DNA from: Pocillopora damicornis
Lineage: Eukaryota
Assembly: GCF_003704095.1 (NCBI RefSeq)
Contig: NW_020845131.1
Coordinates: 124,001 to 188,000 of the forward strand
Reading direction: 5' to 3'
DNA length: 64,000 bases
The position numbers and the translations under genes were made by a program. Positions 47,822 through 62,933 of this stretch are shown one piece after another (the first letter of the stretch is position 1; every line of letters starts with the position of its first letter). Under the pieces are notes generated by a model. The model saw nothing but the letters and a program-made list of their open reading frames with translations, was not told where the DNA came from and made no database searches.

Positions 47822-49594
47822 GTCAGCCTTGCATCAAGTGTCCAGTTCCTCAATTAGTTTGTCATCAGCATGAAATAGATTCAGGCAAACTTGTTTGTTT
47901 TAGCATCTAGGATGGTCTATTTCATTTGAAGTATCTGTGGCCTGAATAAACAGCGTTTTAAGCGCTCAATTGTGGCTAGATATTGAAACCAAATTGCCGA
48001 CCTTCCAAATTTTCTTCTGCGAATGTATACAAAGGGAAAGCTTTGGATAATGAACAAAACTTGAAATTTTAATCAATGTATTTCCTTTTCTGCATAGTTT
48101 GTATACACATTCTCAATTAACTTTGCCATTATTCCCTAGTTTGAAACTTCGATTAGTACAAAGAACGGCGTTTTCCGATCAAAAGCAAATCATTTTTTCA
48201 TTCAATGTATGTTGTTCAATTCAGGGGTGTGAAATAAATCAAAAGAATTACCCCCGCGTCGTCACATTGGTCAGCCTATTTGACTTGACACAGAATTCTT
48301 CAACAAGGAAAGCAGTTGACACGTTTTTCAGGGGAACTCTAAACTTCTTCCTCAAACATGCGGCATGATCTTTAGCGCCTTAAAACATGAAAATTGTAGA
48401 AGGGAGTTAAGCCCGTGAGATCTTTGACACAAATTCTTCAATAACTACGGGAAGCTTACTTTCTTACAATAACAACTCTAAGCAATCTTACTCCACGTAA
48501 TAAGGAAATAACCCAATTAAAAGTGACAATCATCTTTGGTTTTCTTAAAACCGAACAAGCGAACCGATTCATACAAGTTAAACAAGTCGCCATTACGAAA
48601 ACATCTAAGGTTTTAGCGTTATTTTTGTTGAGGGGTCTGTTTTGATTTTTTCATACAGCTGTATTTGCTTAAAATTCGATGAATTAATGCTTGAAAACTG
48701 CCGTGCACAATGACAGGTCGAGCCAAAACAACGTGCCATTTGCCTTCTTCAGTGGACTGTACATCTGCTCCCTAAGTCAACAAAAAAGACAATAGTTCCC
48801 AGCACTTAAAAAGGTTCCCGGAGCAACCTAACACAAACGCTTTTGATGTATAATATCAAATTATTAACATCTTGGATTGGATAAATTTGCTCAAATTTTT
48901 GTGATCACTTTCTCTGCTGATTAATAACAAGAATGAACGAATTTTCCACCAGCGCAAAAAGTTTGATTACAGAAATAGTATAATATGTGGCGTATAATAT
49001 TATGGTCGTCTGCACGTTGTTCGCATCAGACAAGTGTATCATTAAAATGTCTCAATTTGCAAATTAGCCTGCCAAGAGGTGGCTCATTGTTATGTTGTGG
49101 CGACAATAAACTGTTTTGTTAATCAGAAGTAATTATTTAAAAAAATATATACAATTATTGGACTACTCGTACTTTGTGTGAAACTATAAGACAATGAAAA
49201 GAATTAGAATGAAGCATTCTGTATTCTACCAGCCTTTTTTGGAACATTTTAAGTAATTGTTCAGAGGAACCTATTCCTTTTTTTATTAGAAAAAAAATCC
49301 GCCGTCTTTAAAAGTGGTAAAAGCAGGCATTCCAATTTCTTCTAGCCTGTTAACTCGATGTGAAATTAACTAATACGACGATTGCCTTTATTTTGTATGA
49401 AGGGAGAATATTCATTTTCCTTCTTTTTTAAAAGTGAATGAAACAGGCATTCTACATGCATTTCATTACGAAAAAAGGAGATAAAACTACGAGGACATCG
49501 ACTAACAGAAGCATTACCGATTACTTATGAATTCCACGTTCAAAGAAAAAAGTTGAGTAATAAAATCCAAGACACAAAGAACATCACTGAAATT

Positions 49595-49698
49595 CTAAAT
49601 GTCCCCTAAAGTGCTTCTGCATGCTAGGGCTAATATTTTCCTCTAAAGAAGCAGCTAAATGTCCCCCAAAAATGCTTCTGCATGCTATGGCTAACATT
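49595..49698. repeat. Imperfect direct duplication of ~43 bp, period 60
   Basis: CTAAATGTCCCCTAAAGTGCTTCTGCATGCTAGGGCTAATATT (49595) versus CTAAATGTCCCCCAAAAATGCTTCTGCATGCTATGGCTAACATT (49655). Confidence 0.85.
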
Positions 49699-52600
49699 GA
49701 TGATCATTATATTGGGTCAAAAAGCACATGATATCCTTACAACTAATTAAAAAGATATCTCACAGTTGCTAGCCTTGTGGCTGTTGTAATCTGGAAGTCA
49801 TGGTATCATAGAAGTCCTTCAGGTACCAGATACTGGCATGGAATTTCATTGCCTTAAAACGTATCACTTATTCATGACGGCACTCGAGAAAATTAAAATC
49901 TATGTGTAAATATTAATCAAAAATGACACAATTCGTGTTTCTCTTTTCGGTCTCGAAGCAAATTTCTGGCATAAGTTTGAAGAGCTCCTTGCAATTATTA
50001 TCTCAGCAAAAGAAACCAAAAGAAGGGGAAATTGCGAAAGGAAAGTAAACTTCCCAACATGTTTTCGATGAAAACCGTTGCCTTTGGTTTGTATAGTATC
50101 CAAAAATTAGAAAGAAATTTTTTAAATTTAGAACTGAAAAATGGAACGAAACATTTTTCTATTTTTCACAATCGCCTGGAAACACAACCATTCTTTTCAA
50201 AACATACTCTAAGTCATGGCCCCCAAAGATAAAAAACCGCGTTTAATGTAAAAAAGAGTAAAATGATGAGATAATATAAAGAAATTTCAAAAATTGACCA
50301 ATTAAATGCTCTATAAAAGAAAATGAAGAACTGTAAAATCATGAAAAATCCAAGTTTTTAGCGTCTACGATAAAGTGAAAAAAACCTTCATTTTATGCAG
50401 ATAGTGCTGGCCTTCCTTTTTTCTGTAGATCCTGTCCATATCTATCTATACTCATGTAAAAGTTCTATCTTCACAGAACTTTAGCCTTTCATTACCTTTC
50501 CTTTTTATCTCGTTCAATATTGATTTAAAGGGCCACGGTTTCGTTTTCAAAAAATCACTGGAAAAATACTAACGTGAAATTATTATTTTCAGGACGATAA
50601 GAAATAGCACTGATGCAAATGAACAACAACATTTAGAACATTAACAGTTTTGAAACATTGCGCACATTCTAATATTGATTCAAAAAGGCCGTGAAGATCA
50701 CTATTCTACACGACAGACAGGGAATACAAAATCACAACACATTCTCCGGAACTGAAGTTGTTATCTCGATATCACAAATGATATTTCACCGAGCTTGATA
50801 CATTTTTTAACCTAATTTTATAGTATCATTATTTGCTGAAAACAGGACGTCACCCTGACTATAGTGTGTAAATTTGTGTTCAAAACGAGCTGCCGGTATA
50901 ACGTTGCAAAAGAGAAAAGGAAGTAGGAGAGGATTTATTGGATTATGGTGAAGCAGAATGGTTGTTTACGAAACGCAGTTTAGCGAAGACATGTCTCACT
51001 CCATTTTCTATGCTTTGGGCACCACAAAGAGAACAATATTTAAAAAAATCTTTTCGTGTTTATCACTTCAGTAAACTACAGTTCGAAAAAAACCAGTTTA
51101 CATACATTTGTGCTTTCATTTACATAGGCCAATTCCTGTAACAAATTCGTGCGCGAGTTTAGGATCTTATACCTATTATTTTTCCACGTATCAAGCAGCA
51201 ATTTCAATCTTAAACTTTCTACAATTATTATATCGTTTAGTGATGCGTTACCCCTTTCTCACGACAACTTTGATCAGAGTGAAAACTAGCAATCAAAACT
51301 AAATTAGAACCAGTTGCTATTGTATCTACTGCGCAAAAATATTTAGTGAGAAAGTCGATGTGAGGATCATCGATCAAACAATCGAATAGTGAATAAAATC
51401 TACTTTGTAGTCAGGGGATTGCTTTCCAACCTACAAAAAGGAAATAAATGGTGTTCTTCTTGCTATACGTATTAATTCATGGTGCAGCAAGTTTCTGATA
51501 CCTCCCAAATGTCCGATCTATTAGTTAATCAATCATTATTCCAGTAACTCTAGCACGTCGTGAAGGTATAGGCCCTAAAAACTAAAAGTGCTTCAAAAAT
51601 TTTAAGGACGTAGAGAATACCGTTGTCTAATAAGCAGAGCGACTAATATCAGTAAAGTGTTCTAAATTTTTTCCCAATACCCAACGAAAAAAGAGACTTC
51701 ATGTTTTTAATTGTTTCAGTTGAGGTGTTTACATCAATCTTCTTTGCTTTGTCTACTGTTTCTGTCGATAACCAGATGTTTTTGATCCTCATCTGCGGCT
51801 TGGTGCAATACTGAGGGAAGATGTATGAGCTCTTAAAAATGAACAGAAGAGAGGTATAAGGCACAACCATTCTTTCTTGACTATGCATTACTAATCATAA
51901 ATCCAGGGCCTAAAGCTTACTAATATGAAAATGTTACATTAAAAATATCATCAAATTTGCAATGAACTTAAAAAATTAATTTTGATAAAGACGAAGGTGA
52001 ATAAATATAACATTTTAAAAGCTCTGTTCTATTGAGCACATTTAACACATGCCTTATTGTACGTACGCAATTAATCATCACTGTTTTGGAACAAATTAGT
52101 TCCAAGACAACAAAAAAAAAAACATGTTCTCGGAGACTACGTGTATCTGTTAAAACATAAGCACCAAACAACCAAAGCAAGGGAACTAATCAAAGTTTTG
52201 TTTAAAATCATGAATCCACTGGGATAATCCATACGCGCTTAATAAGACACGTACAATCATACAACTAGCTTTGGCGTACAAAGACATTCGGATAACAATC
52301 GCGTTATCATCGGAAAAATTATATATTTATACTTATAGAAAGTACACACAAAAATTGTTTGAGTGAATATTGCCAGCTTTGAACAGTTCACTGAGGAGAA
52401 AAAAGGAAGATGAACAGTAAACGTTCAATTAGTATGGGAAGATACGTGCTTTTTAGAACTGCTAAGGAGCTCTCTTAATCAACAGTATGACCATCGAGAA
52501 GCCAAATAAAGCAACTTTTTCCAACAATATGTCTATTATTTCCTTTCACACTTTTGTTTCTTTTTTTTTCGGCACAATTTAATCAACAGATGTTTTCTGG

Positions 52601-55600
52601 TTAACACAAAAATTCTAAACAACCCAGGCTCCATGCTAATTTTAATTTTCATCGAATTCGTGTGTTCCTCTTGGTCGTTGCAATCGTAGGGATGAGTGGA
52701 AATGTTCTAAGCCCTCGGCACTTGTAGAGTTGCCTTTCTAGATCTATTCGTTCAATAAAACTTGAGAGTATTTCAGTATTCCCAAATGAAAGGCCTTGAA
52801 TCTAAGAGTGCAAATGACAAGAAAGACAGCATTGAGCTGGAGCTAGGAGCTCAACATAAAATGTTATCATGATTGGAATTCGGTTGGAGATGAATAAACT
52901 GCTATTATTTGCTTTTCTTCGTAAACGTAAGCCTCCTTTTTGCTTTTTAATGACTTTTTAAATAGCTGCTGTTCAAATAACTTTATTGTGATTTGGCAAT
53001 TGACATGATTATAAGCTGGTAAATCACTCCACAATAGAAATTTACTTTTTTATATTAATTTTTCAGTAATTTCGAGCGCTTTTGCCTCTTGAGGTAAGTA
53101 CCATTCTCAATCAGCGCCCGTGAGCGTTTTAAACTACAAAAGATAAGCATCACAGGAAACCACTTTAAACAATTTGTGAGTTCGGCAAAAAACTGTCATT
53201 CAGAAGTGGCCAAAAATTGGATAGCGGCACCCGAAAGCTAATAGTCTTCCTGGATTACTTTAAAGAGCACAATATTAAGAATGACATTTACATCGATACA
53301 TTTTTGGTTCAAACTTTCATTTTAACTTTTGGATTAAATTTTTTACAAAGAAATAAAAGGAGTAAAAAATACATGAGAAAATGCAGATTTCTTAACCAAC
53401 ACTATAAATTTCTTGTCTTAATCCTAATCAAACAGTTTATTTTTAAAAGAGTTCGTCAACCTAGAAACACTTTCAAACTTTCAAGCTATGTTTGAAACAG
53501 GCCATGAATTTATGCCTAAAACGTCGGCTACATTCGCTTGAAAGTGTCTTCAAAATTCATTGACAACGCGTAAACTTTGTTTTTAAATACAAAAGAGTTG
53601 AAAAAGTGTTCCGCGTGCACTTCTACATATACTTCGTTGGCCGATAACGTATGAAATCTATTGATGGCAAAATATTCCATTTGACGAACATATTTCATGC
53701 TTAATTCGCCCGCCTGACTACTTCAGGAACCTATCTCAAACTGAATTCAGTTCATTTGAATTCACTTGGCTGCGTCTCATCTCCGTCTTAGCATGGAAAG
53801 ATATGGCATATGGCAGACGAAAGATCACCATTTTCAAAGATTAATTTACAGGAATAAGGAGAAAAACTACAGAAAATAACTTTTAAATAGCTTTTAGTTG
53901 GTATTTACAAAACTCGTTTTCAGTCCCGATAAGATGGCTAGATGGACATGCATTGGGGACAGAAGACAAGAACACAGAGAACACATTACAGATACACAAA
54001 TGAAAACCAAAAGTGAGAATTCTTATTTTGAAGCAGTTATAGACTTACTCCCAGATGAAGGCTCACTTAGTTGAAAAACAGATCTAACCTTATAAGAACC
54101 AAACGCAATTGCTCATTGACCTAAATTCTTTTTTGTGAATTTTACTTCGACCTCTTTCGTCCACACATAGTCATAATCAGCCCCCTCTGAAAATAAGTTC
54201 CTACATGAACATCAAATGGGAATTTACTTTCATAAAAAAAGTCAAGCTCAAGTATCGTAAATTGCAAAGTATAGCCTGCTTGTTATTTACTAGCAACGAA
54301 ATATCTACATCAGAAATTCGCATATGTAAGCATCGCTGATAGTGTCTAAACTAAAAGCTTGCCTTTGCATCAAACAAATTTTTTTTCATCGGAAGATAGT
54401 GTTTATACTAAAACTTTGGGTCAAATACCTTTTCAGCACAAATCTTTAATCGGTTTCTGCACGGCGAACTTTCACACAAAACGCAGACTTCATAGAACTT
54501 ATTTGCATAATTTGGGTGGAATTTTGATATCTTAAAAGAATTGAAACTTAGACATTTTCAAAGCACTCCCGTTTCCATTTAGCCATTAAAACGGGACTTT
54601 ATAATTCTCTTTCTTTATTTGCCTCCTTTGAAATCCTCAAGATGGGATTTCGAACGAACAAAAGGAATAGCTTGGAGCTGTATTGAAAGGAGCAGTCAAA
54701 CAGTTTCAAAGTTATTACGCTACTATGGGTGGGTCCCCAGAATAACTAATATTTCTGCCCTCATCTTTTAATTAGTGCTATTCATTGGTGCAGCTGGCAA
54801 AATACAGCTTACCCTGGCCACTTATAAGTTTTGGAAGGTTTAGAAGCTAGTCTAAGCAACCAAAAGAAGTGAAAAAATTCGTCAACTGAGCAACGCTTCG
54901 ATTCAATACGGCCTGACACACAGCTGTAGAGTCGGGCTAATGGATGGAAAATAATTCTGGAATAAAGAATCGTTATGTTCGTACCGCGTCTTGCTCTATT
55001 TTAAACTTATTCCTTGTCTGCTCTTAATCCTTATAAATGTGGTAGAAGGGGGTTTTCTAATACCCTCCAGTCTACAATGTAAGGGTATTGTTCCCAGAGA
55101 GTTAACTTAGAATAACATTGCGTTAATTTCGCATGAAGGAAAATACAAATTTTCCGTCTTCTTTAATAGAGGTTTGAGCATGCATTCAACAAGTATTTTC
55201 TCCAAAAAAAAGGAAATATAACCATGAGGATATTGAAAACGAGATGATGCTGATAACATATAAATTTTAAAAAAAAATGAAAAAAAGCTGAGTAATCAAA
55301 CCTATGCCATTTTTTTTTTTAAGTCATGAAGAACATAACTGATAATGCTGGTCGATATACTAGATTAGAAAGTGACTAGCTTGTGGCTGTTGCGACTTGA
55401 AAACCGCGGTATCGTTCGAAATAAAAAAACTTGCATTGAATTTCATCGCCCTAAAATGTTAGGAATGGTTCCCTTACTGTACTCAAGAAAAAATTTACAC
55501 GCTTTGCTCAAAAATGACTTAATTCCAGTTGCTCTCTTCTAGCTCTCGGAGCAAATTTCTGGGTGCTTACCTAAATCACTAATCAGTCCTGCAATATCGA

Positions 55601-56459
55601 TATCAACTAGTAATGAGCAATGCTTCAATTCAATACGGCCCGACACGGTCTTGACTGTTGTTATTAGCAGAGAACGGATGATAATAGGAGGACAGTAGTC
55701 TTGAAATAGAGGAACATGGTAAATATTTTTTTCACGCACAAGACAAAAAAAAAATCAGTGTTCTTTACTAGGGGCTTGAGCGCTGGCCATCTTCAATTTT
55801 ACGATGGGAACTAACCCTAAGGAACGCAAAGGGAAGCTAAGAAAGCCATACCCGAGCTTCCTTTGAGAACAGCGTGGTGCATATTTTTAGCTGAAGCAAT
55901 GTCGAGGGCATCCAGAGTGGATGAAAGAGTAACAAAGTGCAATGCAAATGATGTTGAAATGATCAACTGAGGTGATCATACGTTGTCACATAATTTCGGC
56001 AGAAAGTAAGACTATGAATATCAGAAGCAACAGTGACAAACAAAACACAGATTAATCTTTTTGGTTCATCAAATATCTGAGTAACTGCCTAAAAAAGTGC
56101 GCCAACGAATTTCACCGATAACATAATCATCTCCACCGTTTTGTAACAGAAACAAAAGCAAGGTTATTTTGGTGTCACCAGTGAACGCGGAATCGCGTGT
56201 GAAAATTATGTGGCATTAAAACTACATTACGCAGAATTGACAACCCATGGTGTCCTGAATGTCCAAAATAAAATTATGTAGCTTATTAACTGAAAAAGCG
56301 CCTCTGAGCTCAAGGCTTTTTGTAGTTACATTATTTTCTAGATGAGATGCAATTTTAACGTGAACTGCGAAATTTCGTACCTTTGAGGCAAGGAGGAAAT
56401 TTTTAACAGACAATGTCGGCTCGTTGGATACAACTGTTGAAACGAAACTCCATCACAGA

Positions 56460-56618
56460 ATCGCTCTGCCGAAAGGTAACGCTTGAAACGTCACCTATAA
56501 AATCCCTCTATGGTGGCTAATTCTCATTATTAACTAAAATGGTAAAACCAAATTATCTTGTAATACCCCTTACTGACACAGAACCACACTTTCTTTAGAA
56601 GCAACTCTCTTTATTCAT
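56460..56618 (+). mobile_element. Degenerate short interspersed repeat with a hammerhead-like core (Penelope-like terminal fragment)
   Basis: TCGCTCTGCCGAAAGGTAACGCTTGAAACGTC resembles CTGANGA-stemII-GAAAC. The downstream body resembles an abundant coral repeat (recollection). Confidence 0.45.
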
Positions 56619-59600
56619 TTGGAGAGCAAAAGATTTGACGCTTTTTTTCGTTGCTCCACGCTAGTTGCCATACGTTTGTATATATCCTTACAACTGGTGT
56701 TATCTTCGCCTTTCCGAGCTCAAATTTAACTAATGGTAGCGTTCGAGCTAAGGAGAAAATTAAAAGCCGATAAGAATATTGATATTGACTAATAGAGAGC
56801 AATGTATAGTGGAGGGCGCCACAAAAAGCAGACCAGTATTACTCTCTATGAATAATAACGAGAATTTTCCTATTGATCCCAGTCACGGTACAAATTTAAT
56901 TTTAATGTTAAAACTACTGAAGAATGCCACTTCAGCTGAAAAATCAAATTTAAAATAAACTGCAAACACGCTTATACTCACTATTAAAATAGTCCTCCAA
57001 TTTTGCTTCATGAAAAAGAAAAAAAGAAAAAGAAAAGAAAAGGTCACAAGTAGTCTTTCTAGACACTTTCTAAACTCAGTTTGTTAAAGTTACAGGAAAT
57101 AAGCTTTCCTTTAAGAGGGAAAATTGAAAGACTGAACTGAATTAGAGTTACAGATGTGCGGGATTCAATAGCAGCTGAACGCTCAGAGAAGGAAACTGGC
57201 TTTGTGTCGGGTCCTGAAACCCAATACCCGTGAATACATATTTAAATTTGGAGTAAGTCGAGGAGGATTTGGCGTCAAACCACCGCGGAAATTAAATTTC
57301 AAGAAGTAATAGCTCGGTGTTCAACATGCTTAGCCATGTGACAAACCGGGTGGCAATAAAACTAGGGAGCACTTCAGTTCAATAATCACTTTTACGACGT
57401 GTTAAAACTTCACTGTAATCTTAATGAGCGTGCTCTATACGAACACTTTTCCCAATTCGTGAAGTTTGTTTTGAGGACACATTTCGAAGACTTTTAATGA
57501 GATTTGGATATAAAAAATTGACTACTTGAGGAAAACTATTATAGTGCGTTACCTGTCAATTGAAACGAAAAGAAGTATTTAGAACTTCACCATACGCGGA
57601 AACACGAAACTGAAAGCAATGTTCTCGCTACGGTTGAAAAAATGAAAAAATAAATAAATAAAACAAAAGAACTACAGAAGCTCTGTGCAAGTTAAGAAAG
57701 AGAAGAAACGCACATATCACGACGCTAAATCAAGACTTTTTTCTATTAATTTGTTTTAATCTCAAGGATCGAAAGAAATAATCGCAGATAACAAAGAACG
57801 TGACAAGCAAAAGGGAATAAAAAGGACCTTTCTCGTTTGTGGTGAAGATAACAGACATAAGGAAACAGGAATGTTTTGTCAGGTGCTCGTTTGATAGGTT
57901 ATTGGTTTTTGCACATACTTACCAAGAACATGTTCACCTCGTTTGTAGGGCATTAAAAATTATTCTGAGATTAAATGTCTTGAAAGTGCGCATGTTTGAA
58001 AGTTTACGAGAGAGTTTTCACTTATCTTTATTCATTTTAGGACAGTAAATAAGCTAGAGAAGGCTAAATGTGTTTTTCATTCGCAGCGTAAACGCACGCT
58101 CAAGGTGTTGTTTTGTGGGCCGCGGCAAAGCTAGACATGTGTCTAATTCACTGACAGACTATAGTGCAAAAAATGCGGCAGGCCTCGCTTTTCTAGTTAA
58201 ATTTCACGAAACTGGCAAACATTTCATTCGCTATCTTGTCTAATACGATATATTTTGGCTCGATACTTAAAAGGCTAGGAAATGAGCACTGCTTTAACAT
58301 GACTAGGAAACGATGAGCTCTTAATCTTCACCTAAATTAACAAACGCAAGCTCGACATACAGACAAGGTTTTTTGAAGATAAACCTTTATAAATTGTGAG
58401 CTTCAAATTGTGCCGGTAGTTGGTAAGAGATAAATTTTGCCTCCCCAATAGCTTTAAAGCCTTCAGAAAAGTTCTAGCGGAAATCCTTGGATCTAGGGGG
58501 AAATATGGTATTTGTGTTCAAAAGAAACGTTTCTGCTGCATCGAAATAAACAGCACCTTGAGAAAGCCCAAATAGGGAGCACTGTTTTTAAAAATATTTG
58601 TTTTTTTATCTGAAAACTAAAAAAAAAAAAACGAAAATTACAAAATGAGAATAAGTCAAAAATCTTTTTTCGTTTCCGTTGGGAACGTGATATCTTTGTA
58701 AAACAAAATAAATGCTAAGTTGGGTCGCTGACTATTTGAACGAAGTCTCCGGTCAACTTGGATTTTCTAGAAATATATTCATCACCTTAGTGATTAAAGA
58801 AATCGAAAAGTGGCTCGTACATGCCTAACACTGTATTAAATGCTGATTTTATAATTGTTTGAACTTCAGATGATATTGGGATCATATGCATGCATGGAAA
58901 TGGTACCTTGAAAGGATGACTCACCCTAGCCGAAGTTCGACTGAAGTATCATGTGACACTGGTGTGAGGAAAGGATAAAATAGTCGAAGTTATAATGAAG
59001 AGCATTCTTTCAAAAACCAAGAAATGAGTGAAATATGACAAAGAGGGGCATTTATATAGAATGCACGCATTTCAAAAGAGAATTCTGGAAACTTGTGGTG
59101 CCTCGGGATTAATTCTAATAATTTTGGCCGGAATAAATTCTTACTCCGAAGCCGTATAAAGATCAGTAATAGGGACATGTCCTCTTACCTGTTTTGCTCT
59201 GCGTCCAAAATACATTACTTTTCGCATTTTTCAGCTAGGATGGTGAAAACCTCGATGAACAATCAAAAATGGAGGAGAGAACATAAAAGAAACAAACAAA
59301 CAAATGACCCACTGACATAACTAGAACTAGGCCAAGGGAAATGTGTTGTTCGCTTCATCATTCTAAATTCACTCCCTCAATCTCCAGTCGAACGTGCCTT
59401 ACCATTTGAAAGACGTGCCCGCTTTGCCTTAGTGTATACGTCTCTGTATAGTTACTCTTCCTATATTGGACATCTTCTAGTCAGATGTAAAAGCTACGCT
59501 TGGAGAAATTTTCCTGTACTAGTTTTGCGAAGAAGAGAAAGAGCAAAAGAGGAGTAGTCCCTTACAATGCTTTGTTTTACGCAAATCTAGACAGTGCATA

Positions 59601-60427
59601 CATTAATCACCATTCAAAGTGAAGATTTTCTTTTTACTTTCTTTACTGAGTTTGCATTGCTTGAACTAATATCGTCTCTACTCTTCACAAAAGTTCTAAT
59701 CATCCAGGAGAACAAAAGTCATTATCTGATTGTTTGAATATCTAGCCGGAAATACTACTTAGCTTCAATAAATGAAGTCAAGATCTTATAAATATTGTCA
59801 GTTAATTCTTTAAATTATCAAGGCAGGCAAGACAAATAAAACGAAGAACACTTAAAACGAAGGATAATACAGTGGAACCCCACCAACGCGAACCATTTTT
59901 TTGTTTCCCTTAGGAGTTCGAGTTAGCGAAGTTCCACTGTCACTAAAAGTAAAAGGTGCAGACATGTTAAGAAATGTAAAAGAGAAAATAGCAAAGTACT
60001 TTAAGTTCAGCAAAATGATAAAAATTCTACATTGTTTATAACAAACACAAGATCGTCTCTGAAACCGGGATAAAATAGCCCTAAACAAGAAAAACTTTAA
60101 TAATAGGAATGACGTAGATTGTTTAAATAGAAGCAGACTTTGGTTGCAAAAAATATAATTACAAACCGTTTAATTTAACTTAATTTCCAAACTTCAATCA
60201 ATCGATCAAACTGTCAGTACAAAATTAAATATTTTACCGCTTTTGAAATTCTAGAACTCTCAAATGACAAGACAGAGAATTTTTAAACAATATTTTCCCA
60301 TTGGCGGTGATTTTAAAGAGGAACGACAGGCCGCTGTTAAATACAAAAAACAAAGAGGCAAGAAGTCAAGAAATCCACGTCGATCGACTCACTTTAAAGC
60401 GTATAACCAAATTTTCAAACAGCAAGT

Positions 60428-60640
60428 TCTCGCTAACTCAGTGGTCGTGCATCGAATTGCGATACGGGAAGGTCCGAGGTTTGGGTCCTCGCGGGGTGGC
60501 ACATTTTCCCTGCGTTCCATGCTTGCAAAAAAAACTGTCAAACATCAATATTTATTTCACGTCCCAGCTTTAAATTTATCACGTTTCTTACTCTATTTAC
60601 CACACCATTCAACACCGGCATCGCTGATGCTTCTTCTGTA
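60428..60640 (+). mobile_element. Old tRNA-derived SINE
   Basis: A-box-like TAACTCAGTGG (60434-60444) and GAAGGTCCGAGGTTTGGGTCCTC (degenerate T-arm/B-box, ~60468-60490) at tRNA spacing, followed by a non-tRNA body. Confidence 0.45.
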
Positions 60641-62933
60641 GAAACTGAAATATAACTTAATCATCTAATAAATATCAATCACCAGAAGAAAAAAAATGAA
60701 AAGCATATTTTGGCTTCCCACCCTTGCTCAGCAAATGGTTAAACTAACATATATAACCCATCTTTTTCAATTAATTCTCTTGAATTGGAACACAATAAGG
60801 TTTCAAGAATTTACCTCAAGTGAATGCATTTACCAAGGAATTGGAGCAGATCTCTCAACCACACAATATCAACAGTATAGAAAGGAGATTTTTCGACTAC
60901 CATACTTTTCTCTGCTTTAAAAATTCACAATAAAGCGAATGTGGTAGCATATAACGTGCGTGGTTGTCGATTTTGAACGAGTCACCCTTAGTGATTTCTA
61001 TGACAGGGCATATTTTGGTGCAATTATGAAAAATAAGTTGTTTTCAGGATACGGTCATAAGAGTCTTTCGTCTGGATAAGTTCCTTTCTATTTAAAGAAA
61101 AAATAATAATTCTTCCAATGCTCCTTTGTTCGACTTCAGGTTTATTGCATAGCTCACAAACAATGTTGAAACCAAACCCGTCTTCTTTGAAGGAGCAACT
61201 TCAAAATATTTGAGTCAATTTGAGGGTCCACGAGAATCACTCAGAAATCAAATACAACTGAAAGATTGCAGTAGTAAGGGTAGGATAGCGAGGGGCAGGA
61301 TAGCCAAAGTGGTTATCATCGATTACAAATAAAAAACACACAAAAAACATAACTTTTAAATAAGAATTTGAAGATTAACAAGGATACTTCGTGACTAAAA
61401 TCGAAGGGTTGGAGCGAAATCATGTAAATGGCACATACAATTGACACCGAATGATTTGACTGAGGAAATTGTAATGAGAGCGATGATGATTACAATGAGA
61501 CAAAAAAATAAGAATTTACAACAACTTAAAACACCTTGAACTAAATACCCAATGGTAGGAAACCATAACTAAAGTTACCCAGTGGGAACGGGAGGCATTC
61601 TTTTGCTCGATTAACATTCACTTTAGTACTTTATTTTTTCTTTATATTTCATTTTTAAATCAAACGCATTTCAAAATTTTAATGTTTCAAGGAAACTTTA
61701 TTTAAAACTAATCCTTAAGAGAAGACCTTAAATATTCTGGAATATTTTTTTCTCTAGGTATTGTTCGCGAAATTGTGTACTTTCGTCATGCAGTTATTAA
61801 ATTCATTCTTTCTTTTCAAGTGTGTTTGGTGTTTTAATGAAAGTTTACTTGCTGAGGAAGTACAAACAAAGACTGAAAACAAGATTAATAAAAATGCTTC
61901 GTTTGAAGTTGGGGAACAGGATATCCACCTCATTGGGTCACTAGATGCTTTGTTAAGAATTAAAATTCGAAAGAGCCTTTAAGAATAATGGCCGAATAAA
62001 ACCTGTAAAATGCCCATCATGAAGTGTAAATAAGTAAGTCCTTCTCAGTTTCAACTAAAAGCAGGGAAATTCTATAGCCTTGACTGGTTGTTTAAATACA
62101 ATGTTACCTCACCTGGCGAAACCGCTTTAAATTGTTGGAAATTTAAGTGGGCCTTTAAGAGTATCTCCTAATTCGTCAGAGTGAAGCACTATAATATTGT
62201 GCCTAAGGAAAAAGGCGAGTGAAATGACCATTAATGACAATTTATGTCTGTTACGAAAAACAAATAAACTGCAAATTGCTGCCAGTATTTGACACCTTTT
62301 TCCTACAACAGCATGCAGAATAAGAAGTTATCAAAACTAACTCTTCTTTTTAGAGGAACAAAAGTGCCAGGACGAGCCGTGAATCTTCCATTGGCAAACT
62401 GAAGTATACCTTTGCTTCATCTCTCAAAACATTTTTGAGCGTTAAGACGACAAAGCGACAAGTAACAGAAAAAGCTTACGAACTTACAATAATCTTCTTA
62501 AGTGTCATCAGTCATTTTCAAGGTAAGAAATACAACTCATCCCATAGAAACTTGAGGGGCCCAATTTATAAAAGAGACAACGTGTCTGCTGAATTGATTT
62601 TCAAGGCTGTCTCTTTGTGGCAAGGAAACACGCGTATGTGTATAGAGTTTCCACCTTACCGAACAAGCGAAATTTGAACACGTTTTTTTTTTATTTTTAC
62701 TAGGATACAGAGATATAAAATCATCTGACTTCGAAATACTAAGCTTGATTGCGAAAAAGAGCCAAATCAACATATGTAAATTCAGAAAGTTTCCTGATAT
62801 CGATGTTTCGGTTTAAAGCAACATTCTTCAACTGAAATAATCCGCCCCTTCAACGTAATTTCCTATGACCCTCTTAGATGTAACCCTTCAAAATAAAACT
62901 AGAACTTCAACGATTGGCAAAGACCTACCTATT

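Noticed and set aside
60264-60641. 125-aa ORF as a gene
   Set aside because: It overlaps a degenerate tRNA-derived SINE and has no domain or splice support.
4524-62108. DM-protein binding cores (ACAATGT/ACATTGT, e.g. ~4527, ~17145, ~27657, ~46130, ~62099) as Dmrt autoregulation
   Set aside because: About 20 seen by eye versus roughly 14 expected by chance in 64 kb of AT-rich DNA. They do not cluster, and this Dmrt may not bind the canonical site.
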